NCBI GenBank assembly: GCA_964016885.1
Contig: OZ024742.1
Span: 6,448,001 to 6,512,000 of the forward strand
Length of the DNA: 64,000 bases
Source: Eledone cirrhosa
Taxonomy: Eukaryota
Direction of reading: 5' to 3'
Below the pieces are notes generated by a model. The model saw nothing but the letters and a program-made list of their open reading frames with translations. It did no database searches and was not told the origin of the DNA. Positions 1-12,300 of the stretch are shown here, in pieces. The translations under genes were made by a program, and so were the position numbers. Each line of letters begins with the position of its first letter. Positions within the stretch are counted from its first letter, which is position 1.

Positions 1-3000
1 GATCTATAACATAGTTTCTTAGCCTAGTAATTAGAGGGTTAACCAGAGCAGTTTAGTGATCTATAACATAGTTTCTTAGCCTAGAAGTTAGAGGGTTAAC
101 CAGAGCAGTTTAGTGATCCACAACATAGTTCCTTATCCTAGTAGTTAGAGGGTTAACCAGAGCAGTTTAGTGATCCACAACATAGTTCTTTACCCTAGTA
201 GTTAGAGGGTTCAGCAGAGCAGTTTAGTGATATATGACATAGTTCCTTACCCTAGTAGTTAGAGAGTTAACCACAGCCGTTTAGTGATATATAACATAGT
301 TTCTTACCCTAGTAGTTAGAGGGTTAACCAGAGCAGTTTAGTGATCTATAACATAGTTCCTTAACCTAGTAGTTAGAGGGTTACCTAGAGCAGTTTAGTG
401 ATCTATAACATAGTTCCTGACCCTAGAAGTTAGTGGGTTAACCAGAGCAGTTTAGTGATATATAACATAGTTTCTTACCCTAGTAGTTAGAGGGTTAACC
501 AGAGCAGTTTAGTGATCTATAACATAGTTTCTTACCCTAGTAGTTAGAGGGTTAAGCAGAGCAGTTTAGTGATATGTAACATAGTTTCTTAGACTTGTAG
601 TTAGAGGGTTAACCAGAGCAGTTTAGTCATATATAACATAGTTCCTTACCCTAGTAGTTAGAGGGTTAACCAGAGCAGTTTAGTGATATATAACATAGTT
701 CCTTACCCTAGAAGTTAGAGGGTTCACCAGAGCAGTCTAGTGATCTATAACAAAGTTTCTTAGCCTAGTAGTTCGAGGGTTAACCAGAGCAGTTTAGTGA
801 TGTATAACATAGTTCCTTAGCCTAGTAGTTAGAGGGTTAATCAAAGCAGTTCAGTGATTTATAACATGGTTTCTTACCTAGGAGTTAGAGGGTTAACCAG
901 AGCAGTTTAGTGATCTATAACATAGTTCCTTTCCCTACTAGTTAGAGGGTTAATCAAAGCAGTTCAGTGATTTATAACATGGTTTCTTACCCTAGTAGTT
1001 AGAGGGTTAAGCAGAGCAGTTTAGTGATATATAACATAGTTCGTTACCCTAGTAGTTAGAGGGTTAACCAGTACAGTTTAGTGATCTATAACATAGTTTC
1101 TTAGCCTAGTAGTTAGAGGTTTAACCAGAGCAGTTTAGTGATCCACAACATAGTTCCTTTTCATAGTAGTTAGAGGGTTAACCAGAGCAGTTTAGTGATC
1201 TATGACATAGTTTCTTACCCTAGTAGTTAGAGGGTTAACCAGAGCAGTTTAGTGATATATAACATAGTTACTTACCCTAGTAGTTAGAGGGTTAACCAGA
1301 GCAGTTTAGTGATCTATAACATAGTTTCTTACCCTAGTAGTTAGAGGGTTAACCAGAGCAGTTTAGTGATCTATAACATGATTTCTTACCCTAGTAGTTA
1401 GAGGGTTAACCAGAGCAGTTTAGTGATCTATAACATGGTTTCTTAGCCTAGTAGTTAGAGGGTTAACCACAGCAGTTTAGTGATCTATGACATAGTTTCT
1501 TACCCTAATAGTTGGAGGGTTAACCAGAGCAGTTTAGTGATCTATAACATAGTTTCTTACCCTAGTAGTTAGCGGGTTAACCAGAGCAGTTTAGTGATAT
1601 ATAACATAGTTCCTTACCCGAGTAGTTACAGGGTTAACCAGAGCAGTTTAGTGATCTATAACATAGTTCCTTACCCTAGTAGTTAGAGGGTTAACCAAAG
1701 CAGTTTAGTGATCTATAACATGGTTTCTTAGCCTAGTAATTAGAGGGTTAACCAGAGCAGTTTAGTGATCTATAACATAGTTTCTTAGCCTAGTAGTTAG
1801 ATGGTTAACCAGAGCAGTTTAGTGATATATAACATAGTTTCTTACCCTAGTAGTTAGAGGGTTAAGAAGAGCAGTTTAGTGATCTATAACATAGTTTCTT
1901 ACCCTAGTAGTTAGAGGGTTAACCAGGGCAGTTTAGTGATCTATAACATAGTTCCTGACCCTAGAAGTTAGTGGGTTAACCAGAGCAGTTTAGTGATATA
2001 TAACATGGTTTCTTACCCTAGTAGGTAGAGGGTTAACCAGAGCTGTTTAGTGATCTATAACATACTTCCTTACCCTAGTAGTTAGAGGGTTACCCCGTGC
2101 AGTTTAGTGATCTATAACATAGTTTCTTACCCTAGTAGTTAGAGGGTTAACCTGAGCAGTTCAGTGATCTATAACATAGTTTCTTAGCCTAGTAGTTAGA
2201 GGGTTAACCAGAGCAGTTTAGTGATGTGTAACATATTTCTTTAACCTACTAGTTAGAGGGTTAACCAGAGCAGTTTAGTGATCTATAACATAGTTCCTTA
2301 ACATATTAGTTAGAGGGTTAACTAGAGCAGTTTAGTGATCTAAAACATAGTTCCTTAACCTAGTAGTTAGAGGGTTAACCAGAGCAGATTAGTGATCTAT
2401 AACATAGTTCCTTACCCTAGTAATTAGAGGATTAACCAGAGCAGTTTAATGATCTATAACATGGTTTCTTACCCTAGTAGGTAGAGGGTTAACCAGAGCA
2501 TTTTAGTGATCTATAACATACTTCCTTACCCTAGTAGTTAGAGGGTTACCCCGTGCAGTTTAGTGATCTATAACATAGTTTCTTACCCTAGTAGTTAGAG
2601 GGTTAAGCAGAGCAGTTTAGTGATATGTAACATAGTTTCTTAGACTTGTAGTTAGAGGGTTAACCAGAGCAGTTTAGTCATATATAACATAGTTCCTTAC
2701 CCTAGTAGTTAGAGGGTTAACCAGAGCAGTTTAGTGATATATAACATAGTTCCTTACCCTAGAAGTTAGAAGGTTAACCAGAGCAGTCTAGTGTTCTATA
2801 ACAAAGTTTCTTAGCCTAGTAGTTCGAGGGTTAACCAGAGCAGTTTAGTGATCAATAACATGGTTTCTTACCCTAGTAGTGAGAGGGTTAACCAGAGCAG
2901 TTTAGTGATCTATAACATAGTTCCTTACCCTAGAAGTTAGAACGTTAACCAGAGCAGTCTAGTGATCTATAACAAAGTTTCTTAGCCTAGTAGTTAGAGG

Positions 3001-6000
3001 GTTAACCAGTACAGTTTAGTGATCTATAACATAGTTTCTTAGCCTAGTAGTTAGAGGTTTAACCAGAGCAGTTTAGTGATCCACAACATAGTTCCTTTTC
3101 CTAGTAGTTAGAGGGTTAACCAGAGCAGTTTAGTGATCCACAACATAGTTCCTTATCCTAGTAGTTAGAGGGTTAACCAGAACAGTTTAGTGATATATGA
3201 TATTAGTTCCTTACCCTAGTAGTTAGAGGGTTCACCAGAGCAGTTTAGTGATATATGACGTAGTTCCTTACCCTAGTAGTTAGAGGGTTCGCCAGAGCAG
3301 TTTAGTGATATATGACATAGTTCCTTACCCTAGTAGTTAGAGGGTTAACCACAGCATTTTAGTGATATATAACATATTTTCTTACCCTAGTAGATAGAGG
3401 GTTAAGCAGAGCAGTTTAGTGATCTATAACATAGTTTCTTACCCTAGTAGTTAGAGGGTTAACCAGAGCAGTTTTGTGATCTATAACATAGTTCCTTACC
3501 TTAGTAGTTAGAGGGTTAACTAGAGCAGTTTAGTGATGTATAACATTGTTCCTTAGCCTAGTAGTTAGAGGGTTAACCAAAGCAGTTTAGTGATTTATAA
3601 CATGGTTTCTTACCCTAGGAGTTAGAGGGTTAACCAGAGCAGTTTAGTGATCTATAACATAGTTCCTTACCCTAGTAGTTAGAGGGTTAATCAAAGCAGT
3701 TCAGTGATTTATAACATGGTTTCTTACCCTAGGAGTTAGAGGGTTAACCAGAGCAGTTTAGTGATCTATAACATAGTTCATTTTCCTAGTAGTTAGAGGT
3801 TAACCAGAGCAGTTTAGTGATCCCCAACATAGTTCCTTATCCTAGTAGTTAGAGGGTTAACCAGAAAAGTTTAGTGATATATGACATAGTTCCTTACCCT
3901 ATTAGTTAGAGGGTTCACCAGATCAGTTTAGTGATATATGACGTAGTTCCTTACCCTAGTAGTTAGAGGGTTCACCAGAGCAGTTTAGTGATATATGACA
4001 TAGTTCCTTACCCTAGTAGTTAGAGGGTTAACCACAGCAGTTTAGTGATCTATAACATAGTTTCTTACCCTAGTAGTTAGAGGGTTAACCAGAGCAGTTT
4101 AGTGATCTATAACATAGTTCCTGACCCTAGAAGTTAGTGGTTTAACCAGAGCAGTTTAGTGATCTATAACATAGTTCCTTACCCTAGAAGTTAGAGGGTT
4201 AACCAGAGCAGTTTAGTGATCTATAACATAGTTCCTTACCCTAGAAGTTAGAGGGTTAACCAGAGCAGTTTAGTGATCTATAACATAGTTCCTGACCCTA
4301 GAAGTTAGTGGGTTAACCAGAGCAGTTTAGTGATATATAACATTGTTTCTTACCATAGTAGTTAGAGGGTTAACCACAGCAGTTTAGTGATCTATAACAT
4401 AGTTTCTTACCCTAGAAGTTAGAGGGTTAACCAGAGCAGTTTAGTGATCTATAACATAGTTCCTGACCCTAGAAGTTAGTGGGTTAACCAGAGCAGTTTA
4501 GTGATATATAACATAGTTTCTTAGACTTGTAGTTAGAGGGTTAACCAGAGCAGTTTAGTGATCTATAACATAGTTCCTTACCCTAGAAGTTAGAGGGTTA
4601 ACCAGAGCAGTTTAGTGATCTATAACATAGTTCCTTACCCTAGAGGTTAGTGGGTTAACCAGAGCAGTTTAGTGATATATAACATGGTTTCTTACCCTAG
4701 TATTTCGAGGGTTAACCAGAGCTGTTTAGTGATCTATAACATGGTTTCTTACCCTAGTAGTTAGAGGGTTAACCAGAGCAGTTTAGTGATGTATAACATA
4801 TATCTTTACCCTAGTAGTTAGAGGGTTAACCAGAGCAGTTTAGTGATGTATAATATATTTCTTTAACCTAGTAGTTAGAGGGTTAACCAGAGCAGTTTAA
4901 TGATCTATAACATATTTCTTTACCCTAGTAGTTAGAGGGTTAACCAGAGCAGTTTAGTGATCTATAACATAGTTCCTTAACATATTAGTTAGAGGGTTAA
5001 CTAGAGCAGTTTAGTGATATATGACGTAGTTCCTTACCCTAGTAGTTAGAGGGTTAACCACAGCATTTTAGTGATATATAACATATTTTCTTACCCTAGT
5101 AGTTAGAGGGTTAACAAGAGCAGTTTTGTGATCTATAACATAGTTCCTTACCCTAGTAGTTCGAGGGTTAACCAGAGCAGTTTAGTGATCTATAACATGG
5201 TTTCTTACCCTAGTAGTTAGAGCGTTAACCAGAGCAGTTTAGTGATGTATAACATAGTTCCTTAGCCTAGTAGTTAGAGGGTTAATCAAAGCAGTTCAGT
5301 GATTTATAACATGGTTTCTTACCCTAGGAGTTAGAGGGTTAACCAGAGCAGTTTAGTGATCTATAACATAGTTCCTTACCCTAGTAGTTAGAGGGTTAAC
5401 CAGAGCAGTTTAGTGATCTATAACATAGATTCTTACCCTAGTAGTTAGAGGGTTAACCAGAGCAGTTTAGTGATATATAACAATAGTCCCTTACCCTAGT
5501 AGTTAGAGGGTTAACCAGAGCAGCTTACTGATCTATAACATAGTTCCTTACCCTAGTAGTTAGAGGGTTAACCAGAGCAGTTTAGTGATCCACAACATAG
5601 TTCATTTTCCTAGTAGTTAGAGGTTAAGCAGAGCAGTTTAGTGATCCACAACATAGTTCCTTATCCTAGTAGTTAGAGGGTTAACCAGAAAAGTTTAGTG
5701 ATATATGACATAGTTCCTTACCCTAGTAGTTAGAGGGTTCACCAGATCAGTTTAGTGATATATGACGTAGTTCCTTACCCTAGTAGTTAGAGGGTTCACC
5801 AGAGCAGTTTAGTGATATATGACATAGTTCCTTAGCCTAGTAGTTAGAGGGTTAACCAGAGCAGTTTAGTGATCTATAACATAGTTCCTTACCCTAGAAG
5901 TTAGAGGGTTAACCAGAGCAGTTTAGTGATCTATAACATAGTCCCTTACCCTAGAAATTAGTGGGTTAACCAGAGCAGTTTAGTGATCTATAACATAGTT

Positions 6001-6383
6001 CCTTACCCTAGAAGTTAGAGCGTTAACCAGAGCAGTTCAGTGATCTATAACATAGTTCCTTACCCTAGAAGTTAGAGGGTTAACCAGAGCAGTTTAGTGA
6101 TCTATAACATAGTTCCTGACCCTAGAAGTTAGTGGGTTAACCAGAGCAGTTTAGTGATATATAACATGGTTTCTTACCCTAGTAGGTAGAGGGTTCACCA
6201 GAGCAGTTAAGTGATATATGACATAGTTCCTTACCCTAGTAGTTAGAGAGTTAACCACAGCAGTTTAGTGATATATAACATAGTTTCTTAGACTTGTAGT
6301 TAGAGGGTTAACCAGAGCAGTTTAGTCATATATAACATAGTTCCTTACCCTAGTAGTTAGAGGGTTAACCAGAGCAGTTTAGT

Positions 6384-9300
6384 GATCTATAACATAGTTC
6401 CTGACCCTAGAAGTTAGTGGGTTAACCAGAGCAGTTTAGTGATATATAACATGGTTTCTTACCCTAGTAGGTAGAGGGTTAACCAGAGCTGTTTAGTGAT
6501 CTATAACATTGGTTCTTACCCTAGTAGGTAGAGGGTTAACCAGAGCATTTTAGTGTTTATAACATACTTCCTTACCCTAGTAGTTAGAGGGTTACTCCGT
6601 GCAGTTTAGTGATCTATAACATAGTTTCTTACCCTAGTAGTTAGAGGGTTAACCTGAGCAGTTCAGTGATCTATAACATAGTTTCTTAGCCTAGTAGTTA
6701 GAGGGTTAACCAGAGCAGTTTAGTGATCTATAACATATATCTTTACCCTAGTAGTTAGAGGGTTAACCAGAGCAGTTTAGTGATGTATAACATATTTCTT
6801 TAACCTAGTAGTTAGAGGGTTAACCAGAGCAGTTTAGTGATCTATAACATATTTCCTTAACATATTAGTTAGAGGGTTAACTAGAGCAGTTTAGTGATAT
6901 ATGACGTAGTTCCTTACCCTAGTAGTTAGAGGGTTCACCAGAGCAGTTTAGTGATATATGACATAGTTCCTTACCCTAGTAGTTAGAGGGTTAACCACAG
7001 CATTGTAGTGATATATAACATATTTTCTTACCCTAGTAGATAGAGGGTTAAGCAGAGCAGTTTAGTGATCTATAACATAGTTTCTTACCCTAGTAGTTAG
7101 AGGGTTAACCAGAGCAGTTTTGTGATCTATAACATAGTTCCTTACCCTAGTAGTTAGAGGGTTAACCAGAGCAGTTTAGTGATCTATAACATAGTTCCTT
7201 ACCCTAGCAGTTAGAGGGTTAATCAAAGCAGTTCAGTGATTTATAACATGGTTTCTTACCCTACTAGTTAGAGGGTTAACCAGAGTAGTTCAGTGATCCA
7301 CAACATAGTTCATTTTCCTAGTAGTTAGAGGTTAACCAGAGCAGTTTAGTGATCCACAACATAGTTCCTTATCCTAGTAGTTAGAGGGTTAACCAGAAAA
7401 GTTTAGTGATATATGACATAGTTTCTTACCCTAGTAGTTAGAGGGTTCACCAGAACAGTTTAGTGATATATGACATAGTTCCTTACCCTAGTAGTTAGAG
7501 GGTTAACCACAGCAGTTTAGTGATCTAAAACATAGTTTCTTACCCTAGTAGTTAGAGGGTTAACCAGAGCAGTTTAGTGATCTATAACATAGTTCCTTAC
7601 CCTAGAAGTTAGAGGTTAACCAGAGCAGTTTAGTGATCTATAACATAGTTCCTTACCCTAGAAGTTAGAGGGTTAACCAGAGCAGTTTAGTGATCTGTAA
7701 CATAGTTCCTGACCCTAGAAGTTAGTGGGTTAACCAGAGCAGTTTAGTGATATATAACATTGTCTCTTACCCTAGTAGTTAGAGGGTTAACCACAGCAGT
7801 TTAGTGATCTATAACATAGTTTCTTACCCTAGTAGTTAAAGGGTTAACCAGAGCAGTTTAGTGATCTATAACATAGTTTCTTAGCCTAGCAGTTAGAGGG
7901 TTAACCAGAGCAGTTTTGTGATCTATAACATAGTTCCTGACCCTAGAAGTTAGTGGGTTAACCAGAGCAGTTTAGTGATCTATAACATAGTTCCTTACCC
8001 TAGAAGTTAGAGGGTTAACCAGAGCAGTTTAGTGATCTATAACATAGTTCCTTACCCTAGAAGTTAGAGGGTTAACCAGAGCAGTTTAGTGATCTATAAC
8101 ATAGTTCCTGGCCCTAGAAGTTAGTGGGTTAACCAGAGCAGTTTAGTGATATATAACATAGTTTCTTAGACTTGAAGTTAGAGGTTTAACCAGAGCAGTT
8201 TAGTCATATATAACATAGTTCCCTACCCTAGTAGTTAGAGGGTTAACCAGAGCAGTTTAGTGATCTATAACATAGTTCCTGACCCTAGAAGTTAGTGGGT
8301 TAACCAGAGCAGTTTAGTGATATATAACATGGTTCCTTACCCTAGTAGGTAGAGGGTTAACCAGAGCATTTTAGTGATCTATAACATACTTCCTTACCCT
8401 AGTAGTTAGAGGGTTACCCCGTGCAGTTTAGTGATCTATAACATAGTTTCTTACCCTAGTAGTTAGAGGGTTAACCTGAGCAGTTCAGTGATCTATAACA
8501 TAGTTTCTTAGCCTAGTAGTTAGAGGGTTAACCAGAGCAGTTTAGTGATCTATAACATATATCTTTACCCTAGTAGTTAGAGGGTTAACCAGAGCAGTTT
8601 AGTCATGTATAACATATTTCTTTAACCTAGTAGTTAGAGGGTTAACCAGAGCAGTTTAATGATCTATAACATATTTCTTTACCCTAGTAGTTAGAGGGTT
8701 AACCAGAGCAGTTTAGTGATCTATAACATAGTTCCTTAACATATTAGTTAGAGGGTTAACTAGAGCAGTTTAGTGATCTATAACATAGTTCCTTAACCTA
8801 GTAGTTAGAGGGTTAACCAGAGCAGTTTAGTGATCTATAACATAGTTCCTTACCCTAGTAATTAGAGGGTTAACCAGAGCAGTTTAATGATCTATAACAT
8901 GGTTTCTTAGCCTAGTAGGTAGAGGGTTAACCAGAGCTGTTTAGTGATCTATAACATGGTTTCTTACCCTAGTAGGTAGAGGGTTAACCAGAGCATTTTA
9001 GTGATCTATAACATACTTCCTTACCCTAGTAGTTAGAGGGTTACCCCGTGCAGTTTAGTGATCTATAACATAGTTTCTTACCCTAGTAGTTAGAGGGTTA
9101 AGCAGAGCAGTTTAGTGATATGTAACATAGTTTCTTAGACTTGTAGTTAGAGGGTTAACCAGAGCAGTTTAGTGATATATAACATAGTTCCTTACCCTAG
9201 AAGTTAGAGGGTTAACCAGAGCAGTCTAGTGATCTATAACAAAGTTTCTTAGCCTAGTAGTTCGAGGGTTAACCAGAGCAGTTTAGTGATCTATAACATG

Positions 9301-12300
9301 GTTTCTTACCCTAGTAGTTAGAGGGTTAACCTGAGCAGTTTAGTGATCTATAACATATATCTTTACCCTAGTAGTTAGAGGGTTAACCAGAGCAGTTTAG
9401 TGATGTATAACATATTTCTTTAACCTAGTAGTTAGAGGGTTAACCAGAGCAGTTTAATGATCTATAACATATTTCTTTACCCTAGTAGTTAGAGGGTTAA
9501 CCAGAGCAGTTTAGTGATCTATAACATAGTTCCTTAACATATTAGTTAGAGGGTTAACTAGAGCAGTTTAGTGATATATGACGTAGTTCCTTACCTTAGT
9601 AGTTAGAGGGTTCAACAGAGCAGTTTTGTGATATATGACATAGTTCCTTACCCTAGTAGTTAGAGGGTTAACGACAGCATTTTAGTGATATATAACATAT
9701 TTTCTTACCCTAGTAGATAGAGGGTTAAGCAGAGCAGTTTAGTAATCTATAACATAGATTCTTACCCTAGTAGTTAGAGGGTTAACCAGAGCAGTTTTGT
9801 GATATATAACATAGTTCCTTACCCTAGTAGTTAGAGGGTTAACCAGAGCAGTTTAGTGATCTATAACATAGTTCCTTACCCTAGAGGTTAGTGGGTTAAC
9901 CAGAGCAGTTTAGTGATCTATAACATAGTTCCTGACCCTAGAAGTTAGTGGGTTAACCAGAGCAGTTTAGTGATATATAACATGGTTTCTTACCCTAGTA
10001 GGTAGAGGGTTAACCAGAGCTGTTTAGTGATCTATAACATGGTTTCTTACCCTAGTAGGTAGAGGGTTAACCAGAGCATTTTAGTGTTTATAACATACTT
10101 CCTTACCCTAGTAGTTAGAGGGTTACTCCGTGCAGTTTAGTGATCTATAACATAGTTTCTTACCCTAGTAGTTAGAGGGTTAACCTGAGCAGTTCAGTGA
10201 TCTATAACATAGTTTCTTAGCCTAGTAGTTAGAGGGTTAACCAGAGCAGTTTAGTGATCTATAACATATATCTTTACCCTAGTAGTTAGAGGGTTAACCA
10301 GAGCAGTTTAGTGATGTATAACATATTTCTTTAACCTAGTAGTTAGAGGGTTAACCAGAGCAGTTTAGTGATCTATAACATATTTCCTTAACATATTAGT
10401 TAGAGGGTTAACTAGAGCAGTTTAGTGATATATGACGTAGTTCCTTACCCTAGTAGTTAGAGGGTTCACCAGAGCAGTTTAGTGATATATGACATAGTTC
10501 CTTACCCTAGTAGTTAGAGGGTTAACCACAGCATTGTAGTGATATATAACATATTTTCTTACCCTAGTAGATAGAGGGTTAAGCAGAGCAGTTTAGTGAT
10601 CTATAACATAGTTTCTTACCCTAGTAGTTAGAGGGTTAACCAGAGCAGTTTTGTGATCTATAACATAGTTCCTTACCCTAGTAGTTAGAGGGTTAACCAG
10701 AGCAGTTTAGTGATCTATAACATAGTTCCTTACCCTAGTAGTTAGAGGGTTAATCAAAGCAGTTCAGTGATTTATAACATGGTTTCTTACCCTACTAGTT
10801 AGAGGGTTAACCAGAGCAGTTTAGTGATCCACAACATAGTTCATTTTCCTAGTAGTTAGAGGTTAACCAGAGCAGTTTAGTGATCCACAACATAGTTCCT
10901 TATCCTAGTAGTTAGAGGGTTAACCAGAAAAGTTTAGTGATATATGACATAGTTTCTTACCCTAGTAGTTAGAGGGTTCACCAGAACAGTTTAGTGATAT
11001 ATGACATAGTTCCTTACCCTAGTAGTTAGAGGGTTAACCACAGCAGTTTAGTGATCTAAAACATAGTTTCTTACCCTAGTAGTTAGAGGGTTAACCAGAG
11101 CAGTTTAGTGATCTATAACATAGTTCCTTACCCTAGAAGTTAGAGGTTAACCAGAGCAGTTTAGTGATCTATAACATAGTTCCTTACCCTAGAAGTTAGA
11201 GGGTTAACCAGAGCAGTTTAGTGATCTATAACATAGTTCCTGACCCTAGAAGTTAGTGGGTTAACCAGAGCAGTTTAGTGATATATAACATTGTCTCTTA
11301 CCCTAGTAGTTAGAGGGTTAACCACAGCAGTTTAGTGATCTATAACATAGTTTCTTACCCTAGTAGTTAGAGGGTTAACCAGAGCAGTTTAGTGATCTAT
11401 AACATAGTTTCTTAGCCTAGCAGTTAGAGGGTTAACCAGAGCAGTTTTGTGATCTATAACATAGTTCCTGACCCTAGAAGTTAGTGGGTTAACCAGAGCA
11501 GTTTAGTGATCTATAACATAGTTCCTTACCCTAGAAGTTAGAGGGTTAACCAGAGCAGTTTAGTGATCTATAACATAGTTCCTTACCCTAGAAGTTAGAG
11601 GGTTAACCAGAGCAGTTCAGTGATCTATAACATAGTTCCTGGCCCTAGAAGTTAGTGGGTTAACCAGAGCAGTTTAGTGATATATAACATAGTTTCTTAG
11701 ACTTGAAGTTAGAGGTTTAACCAGAGCAGTTTAGTCATATATAACATAGTTCCCTACCCTAGTAGTTAGAGGGTTAACCAGAGCAGTTTAGTGATCTATA
11801 ACATAGTTCCTGACCCTAGAAGTTAGTGGGTTAACCAGAGCAGTTTAGTGATATATAACATGGTTCCTTACCCTAGTAGGTAGAGGGTTAACCAGAGCAT
11901 TTTAGTGATCTATAACATACTTCCTTACCCTAGTAGTTAGAGGGTTACCCCGTGCAGTTTAGTGATCTATAACATAGTTTCTTACCCTAGTAGTTAGAGG
12001 GTTAACCTGAGCAGTTCAGTGATCTATAACATAGTTTCTTAGCCTAGTAGTTAGAGGGTTAACCAGAGCAGTTTAGTGATCTATAACATATATCTTTACC
12101 CTAGTAGTTAGAGGGTTAACCAGAGCAGTTTAGTCATGTATAACATATTTCTTTAACCTAGTAGTTAGAGGGTTAACCAGAGCAGTTTAATGATCTATAA
12201 CATATTTCTTTACCCTAGTAGTTAGAGGGTTAACCAGAGCAGTTTAGTGATCTATAACATAGTTCCTTAACATATTAGTTAGAGGGTTAACTAGAGCAGT

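Noticed and set aside
1-57. Promoter-like TATAAC, GATC (Dam) sites, or iteron/origin array
   Set aside because: These are short motifs expected by chance and are frequently mutated (GATA, GATG, GATT). There is no associated gene or rep protein, and the scale is far beyond iteron arrays.
2040-2110. New mini-palindromes in variants (GGGTTACCC, ACTTGAAGT, ACTAGT, CCTAGG) as evidence of selection for symmetry
   Set aside because: They are very short and readily arise by chance from a TAG/CTA-rich consensus, so they cannot be supported without a statistical test.
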